Shown in pieces: positions 44,729 to 54,367 of a stretch of 64,000 bases of DNA (positions are counted from its first letter, which is position 1; every line of letters starts with the position of its first letter). Origin of the DNA: an uncultured Bacilli bacterium (GTDB taxonomy: Bacteria; Bacillota_I; Bacilli_A; RFN20; CAG-631). The stretch lies in contig CANQVX010000005.1 of the NCBI GenBank assembly GCA_947627355.1, positions 21,341 to 85,340 of the forward strand. Direction: 5' to 3'. The translations under genes were made by a program, and so were the position numbers. The notes under the pieces are model-generated. The model was not told the origin of the DNA. It did not search any database and saw only the letters and a list, made by a program, of their open reading frames with translations.

Positions 44729-45343
44729 ATGATTAAAAACAAAAAAATATTTTTATTTCTTATACCATTATTAGTTTTTCTAAGTTCATGTAAAAAATTA
44801 AATTCTGAATCATCTTTAACACAAGTTATTTTTACTATAATTGGTTGGATATTATTGATTGCTTTAATTGATACTGTTGTTGATATGATAGTCAATTTCT
44901 TTGCAATTAAATTCCCATATATTTATTTTCCAATTATTTTAGTCTTTGCCTTACTTATGTATTTTAAACCATTTCCACGTTTATTTGGTTTTGATTGGGG
45001 ATTTATTTTAGGACATGCTATCTTACTATTTATTATGATTCCTAGACCTTCTGATTTTGTAGAACATTATACAAGAATTACTTATCAATATGATATTACA
45101 ATTGGTGACTTCTTTGAAACTTCAAGAAAAGATATTAAACATACCATTTCCGGTGCTTGTGTAAAACTTGCTATTGTTGGTATCTTATTATGTGTCTTTT
45201 ATCTAGTACCATTCTTATTCTTTAACAAGAATAATGCAATTTATGAACGTTGGATGTTAGTTGCTCCATTAATTGTTGAAGCAGGATTTGCAGGAATTTA
45301 TAGTCTTCTTGGTTTCTATCGGTTAATTAAATATCATAGATAA
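44729..45343 (+). CDS. hypothetical polytopic membrane protein with a lipobox-like N-terminus
   Basis: FLSSC lipobox followed by about 5 hydrophobic helices. Starts 3 nt after the upstream stop. Confidence 0.6.
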   Translation: MIKNKKIFLFLIPLLVFLSSCKKLNSESSLTQVIFTIIGWILLIALIDTVVDMIVNFFAIKFPYIYFPIILVFALLMYFKPFPRLFGFDWGFILGHAILLFIMIPRPSDFVEHYTRITYQYDITIGDFFETSRKDIKHTISGACVKLAIVGILLCVFYLVPFLFFNKNNAIYERWMLVAPLIVEAGFAGIYSLLGFYRLIKYHR

Positions 45344-45344
45344 A

Positions 45345-45399
45345 ATTGTTTAGTTAAAATTTTAAATAGAACTGCATATATTGTGGTTCTATTTTTTTT
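45345..45399 (+). repeat. copy 2 of the roughly 55-nt terminator-containing direct repeat
   Basis: ATTGTTTAGTTAAAATTTTAAATAGAACTGCATATATTGTGGTTCTATTTTTTTT. Stem AAATAGAAC / GTTCTATTT. G>A in the 5' arm is compensated by C>T in the 3' arm relative to copy 1. Confidence 0.75.
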
Positions 45400-45675
45400 A
45401 AAAAATACTACTATAGAATGCTATGCATTCTCTTTTTTTTCAAAGAGGCCGCCTATGCAAAAATAAAAAAATACATTGAATTCAGTACTAAGTTTTGTTA
45501 CAATTCTACTTCAGATAGAGTTTATGATAAAGAAGTCAATAAGTTAAGTGGAGAAATCGTTGATTTACACTTTATCATTGAAAAAGATGGTTCAGGTTTA
45601 ACTATGCATTTTAAAGCACCAGAAAAAGGTTCTACTACTCAATCATTTAAATTAACGAAAGAAGCATAATCTACT

Positions 45676-47409
45676 ATGAAACGTAAATATTTATTTGTAA
45701 GCATTTGCTTTCTTTTTCTAGCGGCTTGTAATCAATCGACAAAAAACAGTCAAAGTTCAAGTCAATTGTCATCTCAATCGGAAAGTTTATCGTCTTCTCC
45801 TTTTATTAGTGATTCATCAAGTGGGACAGAAACACCATTTATAACTTCACAAGAAGCACAATTATTAGTGATGAATGCTGGTTCTGTGGATGTAAATTAT
45901 GCTAAAACATCCACAGTAACCTTACTTGCTACAGGAACAGACAATGGAATTCCTTATACTCAAGAGATGAATAGTAAGTATACGACTTATCAAAATGATA
46001 TTACGATTGGAAATGGCGAGGTACATCATACTGTTCATGAAGTAACAGGAGATGAACTCTATGAAGACACTTTCGATGAAGTCAATATAATTCGTAATTC
46101 TTATTTAATTGAAGCCATTGTATATAAAAATCATATGTTTCAAGATTCTACTAATCAAACAAATTTATTTAGTGGTAGTGATGTTGGAACAATGAGTGAA
46201 AATTTCAAATATGCCCAAGAATTAGTTTCTTGTGGTGCTGGTAGTAAAGCCTATGAAGACTTCTACTATGCTTATACCATTGGTGCAGCAATTACATATG
46301 ATGCCGCACAATATAGCAATCGATTAGTAATGAATTTTTATGCCGAAGCAGAAAATGAACAATCAAATCAAAAATATGTAGCGACATTTAGTTATGAATT
46401 TGATAGTAAGGATCATGGTTTTTTACAAAAATATGTTTCTGAACAAGCTTTTTATAGTTTAGATGCCTATGAAGCTGCAACGAATAAAGATGAATTAACA
46501 CCAATTGATTATTCTTTAGAAACCAATGAAATTACTTCAGGTACTTTAGAAGTCTTTGATGGAGATTATCCAATCAATATTAATTCATCTTTTGTTCAAA
46601 AAATCACTTTAAGTGCTGCAACAACAACTATAGAAGTAGGAGAAACACTAGCTATTCGAGCTGTTGTTGAACCTGAAAGTGCAGTCAATAAATCTTTAAT
46701 CTTTACCAGTACGAATGAAAATGTGGCAGTAGTTACGAATGATAGCACAGGAACAATTAGAGCCTTAAAAGAAGGTACATGTGATATCATTGCTACAAAC
46801 ATTGAAAGTGGTATAGAAGGTCGTATTACCATTACTGTTATAAAACCACAAGTTCCAGATACTGGAAGTGATGAAAGTAAAACTGATTTAAAAGTAGCTT
46901 TAGACAAATCTTTATATCAAGTTTTATCTAGAGCCATTTATTGTGCTGGAGCCGGTGAATCATCAGGGGTTGGTGTACTTATTGATGATAGTAAAAATCT
47001 TAATAGTATTTCTTTATCTACCATTGAATTAGCTAAATTTGCCTACAATGCTAAAACAAGAGTTGCTTCTTATGTTGCTGAAGATATACAAACTCGTTTA
47101 TCTCGAGTTATTCCTCTTTTAGATAATGGCAATGAACTTTTATCTAATTATTATGGCTTTGTAAATAATAAATATGTTTATTATCAAACAATTGAAGGTT
47201 TTGAAATTCATTTGGCTACCGATAATACCATTGATTTTATTGATGTTGTGGTTAGAAACAATTCTTTTTCACCTACAGTTAGTTCTTCTAAATTTGCAAC
47301 GTTAACCGATGAAAACATTATTGAAGAATTAGGAGAATGTCCAATTAACAAATGGGGAACTGTTCATATTTATTATGAATCTGAAGGATTTGTGTATCCA
47401 GATGAATAA
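45676..47409 (+). CDS. surface lipoprotein with a Ser-rich linker and a Big_2 (bacterial Ig-like group 2) domain
   Basis: Lipobox LAAC. Linker SQSSSQLSSQSESLSSS. Big_2 pattern ITLSAATTTIEVGETLAIRAVVEPESAVNKSLIFTSTNENVAVVTNDSTGTIRALKEGTCDIIAT. Confidence 0.75.
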   Translation: MKRKYLFVSICFLFLAACNQSTKNSQSSSQLSSQSESLSSSPFISDSSSGTETPFITSQEAQLLVMNAGSVDVNYAKTSTVTLLATGTDNGIPYTQEMNSKYTTYQNDITIGNGEVHHTVHEVTGDELYEDTFDEVNIIRNSYLIEAIVYKNHMFQDSTNQTNLFSGSDVGTMSENFKYAQELVSCGAGSKAYEDFYYAYTIGAAITYDAAQYSNRLVMNFYAEAENEQSNQKYVATFSYEFDSKDHGFLQKYVSEQAFYSLDAYEAATNKDELTPIDYSLETNEITSGTLEVFDGDYPININSSFVQKITLSAATTTIEVGETLAIRAVVEPESAVNKSLIFTSTNENVAVVTNDSTGTIRALKEGTCDIIATNIESGIEGRITITVIKPQVPDTGSDESKTDLKVALDKSLYQVLSRAIYCAGAGESSGVGVLIDDSKNLNSISLSTIELAKFAYNAKTRVASYVAEDIQTRLSRVIPLLDNGNELLSNYYGFVNNKYVYYQTIEGFEIHLATDNTIDFIDVVVRNNSFSPTVSSSKFATLTDENIIEELGECPINKWGTVHIYYESEGFVYPDE

Positions 47410-48610
47410 GAAATTTATTGGAATTCTAGCACTTTTATTGTTAAGTGCATGTAATACAAATAACAATAGTTCTTCTTCTAATAGTACTAGTAACAGTTTG
47501 TCTTTAAGTATCGATTCAAGCAATAGTTCTTCATCAACATCAGATGGAAATGTCACTTCTTCATCAAGTAGTTCTTCATATGTATTACAAGAATTAGATA
47601 AACAAGAAGCAATTAATGCTTTGCAATCAGCTATTCAATATGATACAGATGTAGTTTCTTTGCAAGTTAGTCAATATTATATTCATCAAAGTTATTATCA
47701 AAGACAAAATTCTACGATGACTGCTTATAGCAATCAACTCACCTTAGAAAATGGTACGAGTACAACGACTTATTTTTCAAATTATAGTAAGATTGAATCT
47801 ACTTTTTTAGAACAACGTTTTTATCAAGACGATACTTATTATAAAATACGTAAATTTCAATCTCCTGGTTATATGAATCAAGCCTCAAAAAGCCAAGTTG
47901 ATGAACAAACAGCAATAAGCTTATTAAATATTGGCCAAGCAAAAGATGCTTATACGACTTATCAAAACTTTGCAAATGCTAAGACTTTAACATATGTTGG
48001 TGAAGTTTTAGAAGATGATCTCAAATATGTTCGTTTTATTTCAGTAGAAGAAGATACAATTGATTATGCCTATGTTTGTGCCTTAGAATATCGAATTAAT
48101 TCTTTAGGCCAACTGATTGATTTTTATTCTACTGAAGGCTATTACGATTCGTATTATGCCTTGGATTATGATGTTAGTACCATTCGTAAGCATGGACCTT
48201 CTTCTTATGGTGGTGGTGGAACCACTTTTGAAGTAACAAATTTTGTTTATGGTAACAAAACTATGTATACAGAAAAACTACCTTTTCCAATCGAAGAAAA
48301 CTTTGTTCAAACAATTGGCTTTGATAGAGAAGTTTTAGAAATCAGTATTGCATCTTTGCCTGAAGATCAAAAATACATTGATTTATATGATTATCTAGTT
48401 GTTACACCTACAGGTAGTTTAAATACTGGATGTCCTATTAATAATATTGTTTTTGAATCTTCTAATCCTAATGTTGCTTCAATTGGAAATAGAAGTTCTA
48501 CTGATGGACATTATTTAGATATTAACCAAATCGGTGAAACCGATATTAGTGCAAAAGATTTAATGACACAAGCTGTTTCAACAAAATCTTTACATATTGT
48601 GATTTCGTAA
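47402..48610 (+). CDS. surface lipoprotein, paralogous in architecture to 45676-47409 (Ser-rich linker, degenerate Big_2-like C-terminus)
   Basis: Start set at MNKKFIG (ATG 47402, overlapping the upstream stop by 8 nt). Lipobox LSAC. Linker NNNSSSSNSTSNSLSLSIDSSNSSSSTS. FVQTIGF matches FVQKITL at the equivalent position in the neighbouring gene. Confidence 0.7.
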   Translation: MNKKFIGILALLLLSACNTNNNSSSSNSTSNSLSLSIDSSNSSSSTSDGNVTSSSSSSSYVLQELDKQEAINALQSAIQYDTDVVSLQVSQYYIHQSYYQRQNSTMTAYSNQLTLENGTSTTTYFSNYSKIESTFLEQRFYQDDTYYKIRKFQSPGYMNQASKSQVDEQTAISLLNIGQAKDAYTTYQNFANAKTLTYVGEVLEDDLKYVRFISVEEDTIDYAYVCALEYRINSLGQLIDFYSTEGYYDSYYALDYDVSTIRKHGPSSYGGGGTTFEVTNFVYGNKTMYTEKLPFPIEENFVQTIGFDREVLEISIASLPEDQKYIDLYDYLVVTPTGSLNTGCPINNIVFESSNPNVASIGNRSSTDGHYLDINQIGETDISAKDLMTQAVSTKSLHIVIS

Positions 48611-48630
48611 ATATCAAATTAATATAAAAA

Positions 48631-48672
48631 AATAGCAAGAATCAGTTTAGTTTGTTTTGATTTCTTGCTATT
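48631..48672. terminator. bidirectional rho-independent terminator
   Basis: AATAGCAAGAATCA / TGATTTCTTGCTATT stem (one bulge), flanked by an A-run and a T-run, between convergent genes. Confidence 0.8.
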
Positions 48673-48691
48673 TTTGTTTCAAATAATTGTT

Positions 48692-49786
48692 TTATTTATT
48701 AAGAATTTTTTTGATCACAGGATATAAAGCCTTACTCATACGATAGAAGCCAAGATCAGTTGGATGTAAACCATCAACGCTACTTTCATCAAAGTCTTCT
48801 TTACCATATAGTTTATTTCCATCATAGAAATAAATGTTTTTATCTCCTTTACGTTTTAGTTTAGTAACTAAATTCTTTTGGAAATTAAACACTCTATTTC
48901 TAGCCACTATTTCACTTTTAACAAAGACATAGTTAGAAAAGAATGGTTTAGTTATTACAAGAATTGGTACAGTAGGATAAGTACTTCTAAGAATTTGAAT
49001 AAACTCTTCCATATATTTTTCTAGATGTCCGGTACAACCACCATTAGCTTCATAATCTAAGATAAACATACCAACTTTATTAATCTCAGTCATTAACTTA
49101 GCCATAATAGGTTCACCTAGTCCTGAACCAGAAAAACCAAGGTTTACAAATTCAGCATCTAGCTTACGGCTTAAAATATTGGTATAAGCCATTCCAGGAC
49201 GACAAGCACATCCCCCTTGAGTGATACTAGTGCCATAGACTACAATCTTTTTAGGATAACTATGTTTAATAGGTTCTTTTACAAAGGCATCTTTTTCAAG
49301 ACCAATTAAGACTTCTTCAACGCCCATATAAAGAGGGAAGTTTAACACAAAGTCTTTAACACCTGGAAAATCTGAATTGAAGATTTGAACTTGGTATTCA
49401 ATAGAACCATAAGCAAAATTAGTGGAAGTAAAAAAATGATAATTAGCTTCATTTTCGTATTTATAATACAAATCAAAGCCACATTGACCAGTTGCTGGCA
49501 TATGAGACATATTAGGGCGGTCTCTTAGTTTTACTTTAACAACGACTCTATTTGAGTTAGATTTAAATCTAACTTGACCACCAGCAGTATGACTAGCAAG
49601 CCAATAAACAGCTTCACTTACATCATTTTTACAATCTTTTGGTAATCTGAAGTATTCTTTTTCTTTACTAAACCAAGCAAGTCCTTCAATAACAAATGGT
49701 TTTTCTTTGATGTCATAATAATTGAATTGTTCATCACTAAACTTATGAGCAATCATGTTCTTATCGTATTTTTCTAACTTAGACAT
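48692..49786 (-). CDS. SGNH/GDSL-family hydrolase with an N-terminal beta-rich domain
   Basis: Block I VVYGTSITQGG. Block V DGLHPTDLGF. Last gene of the glg operon. Confidence 0.75.
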   Translation of the reverse strand: MSKLEKYDKNMIAHKFSDEQFNYYDIKEKPFVIEGLAWFSKEKEYFRLPKDCKNDVSEAVYWLASHTAGGQVRFKSNSNRVVVKVKLRDRPNMSHMPATGQCGFDLYYKYENEANYHFFTSTNFAYGSIEYQVQIFNSDFPGVKDFVLNFPLYMGVEEVLIGLEKDAFVKEPIKHSYPKKIVVYGTSITQGGCACRPGMAYTNILSRKLDAEFVNLGFSGSGLGEPIMAKLMTEINKVGMFILDYEANGGCTGHLEKYMEEFIQILRSTYPTVPILVITKPFFSNYVFVKSEIVARNRVFNFQKNLVTKLKRKGDKNIYFYDGNKLYGKEDFDESSVDGLHPTDLGFYRMSKALYPVIKKILNK

Positions 49787-49793
49787 ATTTCTT

Positions 49794-51899
49794 TCATTTC
49801 CTTTCTATTTCTTTTATATACATGGAAAAACTATAAGGATTGATAACAATATTAGAACTATATACCTCATCTCTTATAGGACCATGTTCACTACAAATGA
49901 ATTTAAAATATTGATAGAAATTATAATGACTAGTATTGTTAGTAGGATTTATAAACATTATTAATTCATCGATTCCATCGATATCTTGTAAATCTTTATA
50001 AAATATTTTTACGATTTGATTATCTAATATTTGATAATGGAAATGTTTTTCAATTTCTTCTTTAGAATGTAATGAAAAGACATTATATTTTTTACGAATT
50101 CTAATAAAACCTTTCAGGGCTAAACAATTTTCAAAATAAGTGTCAACTAGTTTCCAATCAATAGCATTGATATGGTCATCTAGATTATAGGAATTAGTGT
50201 TACCTTTTTTAGTTCGATGAAATTCACAACCCATATGTAAAAAAGGAACACCAAGGGAAAATAAAACACTACATAAAGACATTAAGACAATATTATTTTT
50301 AGTACTAGCATCTAAATCTTCATTAGATATTTCAAGTTTATCATGTAAAGTGGCATTATCGTGACATTCAATATAATTAATGCTTTGTCTAGCGTCTTTA
50401 AAATAATTATCAAGGCTACCTTTCATAACATTAACCATTTGATAAGCTAAGTCTAAATTACCATTTACATAACCTTTTTCTTTTAAGGCTCTATCAAAAC
50501 TTTTACCTTTAACAGTTTCTCTAAAATAATCATTAAAGAAAGCTATTGGATATAGTTTATTAGCATTCAATAAAGTGGCTCTTTTAGCTTCGTTTAGTAA
50601 GGTTGGCATATTCCAACCTTCACCATATAAAATAAAACTAGGATTGATTGCCTTGCATTCATTATAGATAGTTTGAATGGTATCGATATCAAGGATTCCC
50701 ATTAAATCCATTCGATAACCATCAACATGATAATCCTTAACATAACGAATTGCCATATCAACTAAATATTTCTTTCCCATTTTGGTATTAGAATCATAAT
50801 CATTACCACAAAAACTACCGTTAGAAAGGACTAATTTATCATCAACTTGAAGAAAATAATAAGGTGTTATTTGATTTAGTATATTTTCATAGGAATAATA
50901 GAAATGATTAAATACTAAATCTAATACAACTCTGATATTTCTTTTATGTAAGGCTCGAATCATTTGTTTTGCTTCAATGATTCTAACATATGGATCATTA
51001 GGATTAGTTGAATAACTACCTTCTAGACATGAATAACTTGCTGGATCATAACCCCAATTATAAGTTCTTTTTTTATCGTTTTCATCGACAGTTATAAAAT
51101 CAAGAATAGGCATTAATTGTAAATGAGTAATGCCAAGAAATGATAAATAATCAAGTCCTATTGGATGTTGATTTTTAGTTTTCATATTTTCTTTTGTAAA
51201 GGCTAGAAAAGTATTATTAACATCTTTTCCTAAAGAATTATCACTAGAAAAATCTCTAACATTAGCTTCACAGATGATTGCTTTAGTGATATCTTTAAAC
51301 TCTTCTAGTAAGTTATCTGAGGTATCAATGTTAACTAAGTCTTGATTGATAATGGCACTATAAGCACTATTAGCATTACAACTATAGCCATATGGATCAT
51401 TTACTTCCACCCATTCATCATTAACTTTTAATAGATAATGATATAAAGCATGTTCTAAATCTTTATATATAGTTAATTCAAAAACCCCTGAATCACTCGA
51501 TAAATTTAAGGCTTCAACATAGGTTTTATTATCTAAGATATATTTAACATAACCTTCTGTTGCTAAAGGTGCCCAAACTTTAAAAGTTGTTTTTTCTTTA
51601 CTATAGGTAGCACCTAAATCATTTTTATCATAGAAATAATAATCATCGAATTCTTTTGATTTAACTATGTATCTTCTTTTTAATGTTGCTTTTCTGAGAT
51701 TTGAATCTTCGATGATATAGGTTGTATTAAAATCTAATAACAATTCGATTTCATAAGTATTATATTTTTCTTCTTTTTTTATTAGTTTTGCTTTATATGG
51801 TTTTTTATTAACATAAAAGGTATTATTAATTCCTTGATAATAAATTAATATTGTATCTTTTTTATCTTGATAAGCCTCAAATAAAATAGTTTGTTTCAT
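49794..51899 (-). CDS. pulA: type I pullulanase / debranching enzyme (GH13)
   Basis: Motifs YNWGYDP, RVVLDLVFNH, DGYRMDLMG, YGEGWN and YIECHDN. Confidence 0.9.
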   Translation of the reverse strand: MKQTILFEAYQDKKDTILIYYQGINNTFYVNKKPYKAKLIKKEEKYNTYEIELLLDFNTTYIIEDSNLRKATLKRRYIVKSKEFDDYYFYDKNDLGATYSKEKTTFKVWAPLATEGYVKYILDNKTYVEALNLSSDSGVFELTIYKDLEHALYHYLLKVNDEWVEVNDPYGYSCNANSAYSAIINQDLVNIDTSDNLLEEFKDITKAIICEANVRDFSSDNSLGKDVNNTFLAFTKENMKTKNQHPIGLDYLSFLGITHLQLMPILDFITVDENDKKRTYNWGYDPASYSCLEGSYSTNPNDPYVRIIEAKQMIRALHKRNIRVVLDLVFNHFYYSYENILNQITPYYFLQVDDKLVLSNGSFCGNDYDSNTKMGKKYLVDMAIRYVKDYHVDGYRMDLMGILDIDTIQTIYNECKAINPSFILYGEGWNMPTLLNEAKRATLLNANKLYPIAFFNDYFRETVKGKSFDRALKEKGYVNGNLDLAYQMVNVMKGSLDNYFKDARQSINYIECHDNATLHDKLEISNEDLDASTKNNIVLMSLCSVLFSLGVPFLHMGCEFHRTKKGNTNSYNLDDHINAIDWKLVDTYFENCLALKGFIRIRKKYNVFSLHSKEEIEKHFHYQILDNQIVKIFYKDLQDIDGIDELIMFINPTNNTSHYNFYQYFKFICSEHGPIRDEVYSSNIVINPYSFSMYIKEIERK

Positions 51900-51903
51900 G
51901 TTA

Positions 51904-54303
51904 CTAAACCTTTTTAATTTTCCAGATATCTCTTACATATTCTTCGATAGTTCGATCACTACTAAAATATGCCGATTTAGCAATATTGATTAGACATTTT
52001 TTAGCCCAAAGATGTCTATCTTGATAACATTTTTCAATATCTTTATGGGCTCTTAAATAGTCATTAAAATCAACTAGTAAGAGATATTCATCATTTTTAA
52101 ATAATAGTTCATCATAAATGGCTTTGAATTCATCTAGTTTTTCATGCCATGTGCCATTTACAAGACTATCAACAACAGCTTTTAATTCTTTGTTTTCCAT
52201 ATATGTTTTAAAAGCATTATAAGTATTTGAATTCTTTAACTCTTTAACTTCTTTACTAGTAAGACCAAAGATAAAACAATTATCAGTTCCTACTAATTCA
52301 GAGATTTCAACATTAGCACCATCTAAGGTACCTAAAGTAATAGCACCATTCATCATAAACTTCATGTTTCCTGTGCCTGATGCTTCTTTTCCAGCAAGAG
52401 ATATTTGTTCACTAATATCAGAACCTGGAATTACAATTTCTGAAAGACTTACTTCATAATTTTCTAAGAAAATAATCTTTATTTTTTTATTAACTCTAGG
52501 ATCATTATTTATTACTTTTGCCATGCAATTAATCAATTGAATTACTTTTTTAGCAAAGTAATAAGAAGGAGCTGCTTTAGCTGAAAAGATAAAGGTTTGT
52601 GGATAGATATCATTTTCAGGATGAGCTAGTATTTGTTGATATAGATATATGATATACAAACAATTTAGCAATTGTCTTTTATAAGCATGTAATCTTTTAA
52701 CTTGAACATCAAAAATAGAATTGGTATCAACTTCAATACCAGTTTTATTTTTAATATAGTCAGCTAATATTTCTTTACGTTTATTTTTAACTTCTAGAAA
52801 TTCTTCTTGAATATTATAATCATCAACATAGTTCATTAATTCATTTAAGATTGTAGGATCTTCAATGAAATCTTTTGATAGATATTTATCTAGAAAAGCT
52901 TTTAGTTCTGGATTAGCATAGCATAACCATCGGCGATGAGTTATACCATTAGTCTTATTGTTAAACTTATTTGGATATAAGTTATGGAAATCAACCATTT
53001 CTTCTTCCATTAGAATTTTAGTATGTAATCTAGCAACACCATTAACACTATAAGAGCCAACAATTGCTAGATTTGCCATATAAACTAGACCATCTTTAAT
53101 AATAAGCATGTTTTTAAGTTTATCATCACTAACATTATGTGACTTAGCATAAATTATAAAGCGACGGTTTATTTCTTCAATAATCATATAAATACGTGGT
53201 AGCAATGATTGGATATATTCAACTGGCCATTTTTCTAAGGCTTCACTTAGAATAGTATGATTGGTATAACACATCATATTGCTTACAATATTCCAAGATT
53301 CATCCCATTCAAGATAATATTCATCTAATAAGATTCTCATCATTTCAGGAATAGCTAGGGCTGGATGAGTATCGTTTAATTGAAAGACATATTTTTCATG
53401 AATGTTATGAATGTTTTTATAACGTCTCATATGAGCCTTGATACATGAATAAATTCCGGCACTAACAAAGAAATATTGTTGTTTTAACCGTAAAATTTTA
53501 CCATGTTGAGTTGAATCATCAGGATATAATGAACGAGATATTTCAGTGGTTTCTCTTAAATATTCTTCAAAGTCTTTATGCTTAGGAAGGTTTTCAACAG
53601 CTGGTTCAGCCGACCATAATCTTAAAGTGGTAACAGTCTTACCATTATAACCAATCATTGGCATATCATAAGGTACAGCCTTAACATATTCACAATTTTC
53701 TGTGGTAAAGACCATCCTCTTTTCATTTAGTTGATGAGCTACAACATGACCATAAAACTTAATGTTAACAGCATGTTTTGGTTTTCTAATTTCCCAGACA
53801 TTACCATAATTTAGCCAGTTATCTGGTATTTCAATTTGTTTATTGTTTTCAATTTTTTGTTTAAAAAAACCATATTGATAACGAATAGAGTTACCATGAG
53901 CTGGATAATTTAATGATGTTAAAGAATCCATAAAACAAGCAGCAAGACGACCAAGGCCACCATTACCAAGTCCTGCATCAGATTCAAGAGCCATTAAATC
54001 TTCAATGTTAATATTAAAATCTTTTAAACCTTCTTTTGCTATATCGTATAGATGTAAATTTTGTAAATTATTATACATCATTTTTCCTAGTAAAAATTCC
54101 ATTGAAAAGTAAACCATTTGTTTACTTTGATTAGCTACAACTTTTTCTTTTGTTTCTTTCCAGTTTAGTGATGCATAGTCACGCACCATAGTACCTAGAA
54201 TGTCAAATTGTTCACTGATATGGGATTCTTGCACGGATCTGCCATATTTTTCAATAATTCGTGTTTCAAAATCCGCTTTAAACTGTTCTTTATTTTCAAA
54301 CAC
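51904..54303 (-). CDS. glgP: glycogen/maltodextrin phosphorylase (GT35)
   Basis: PLP-site motif EASGTGNMKFMMNGA, plus GLGNGGLGRLAACF. Start set at the GTG, 7 nt after GGGAGG. Confidence 0.95.
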   Translation of the reverse strand: MFENKEQFKADFETRIIEKYGRSVQESHISEQFDILGTMVRDYASLNWKETKEKVVANQSKQMVYFSMEFLLGKMMYNNLQNLHLYDIAKEGLKDFNINIEDLMALESDAGLGNGGLGRLAACFMDSLTSLNYPAHGNSIRYQYGFFKQKIENNKQIEIPDNWLNYGNVWEIRKPKHAVNIKFYGHVVAHQLNEKRMVFTTENCEYVKAVPYDMPMIGYNGKTVTTLRLWSAEPAVENLPKHKDFEEYLRETTEISRSLYPDDSTQHGKILRLKQQYFFVSAGIYSCIKAHMRRYKNIHNIHEKYVFQLNDTHPALAIPEMMRILLDEYYLEWDESWNIVSNMMCYTNHTILSEALEKWPVEYIQSLLPRIYMIIEEINRRFIIYAKSHNVSDDKLKNMLIIKDGLVYMANLAIVGSYSVNGVARLHTKILMEEEMVDFHNLYPNKFNNKTNGITHRRWLCYANPELKAFLDKYLSKDFIEDPTILNELMNYVDDYNIQEEFLEVKNKRKEILADYIKNKTGIEVDTNSIFDVQVKRLHAYKRQLLNCLYIIYLYQQILAHPENDIYPQTFIFSAKAAPSYYFAKKVIQLINCMAKVINNDPRVNKKIKIIFLENYEVSLSEIVIPGSDISEQISLAGKEASGTGNMKFMMNGAITLGTLDGANVEISELVGTDNCFIFGLTSKEVKELKNSNTYNAFKTYMENKELKAVVDSLVNGTWHEKLDEFKAIYDELLFKNDEYLLLVDFNDYLRAHKDIEKCYQDRHLWAKKCLINIAKSAYFSSDRTIEEYVRDIWKIKKV

Positions 54304-54367
54304 AATAAAACCTCCCACTTAAAACCTTTAATATGATAACAAAACTAAAGTTTTGTTTCAATAAAAC

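Noticed and set aside
43719-45399. Direct repeats interpreted as ends of an IS element or MITE
   Set aside because: There is no transposase, no terminal inverted repeats and no target-site duplication visible. The repeats are terminator hairpins in direct orientation. Reported as a cassette/duplication finding, not annotated as a mobile element.
45418-45669. 83-aa ORF called in the ORF track
   Set aside because: Not accepted as a CDS because the ATG lies inside a terminator-like hairpin and has no RBS. Kept only as a low-interest finding (possible remnant).
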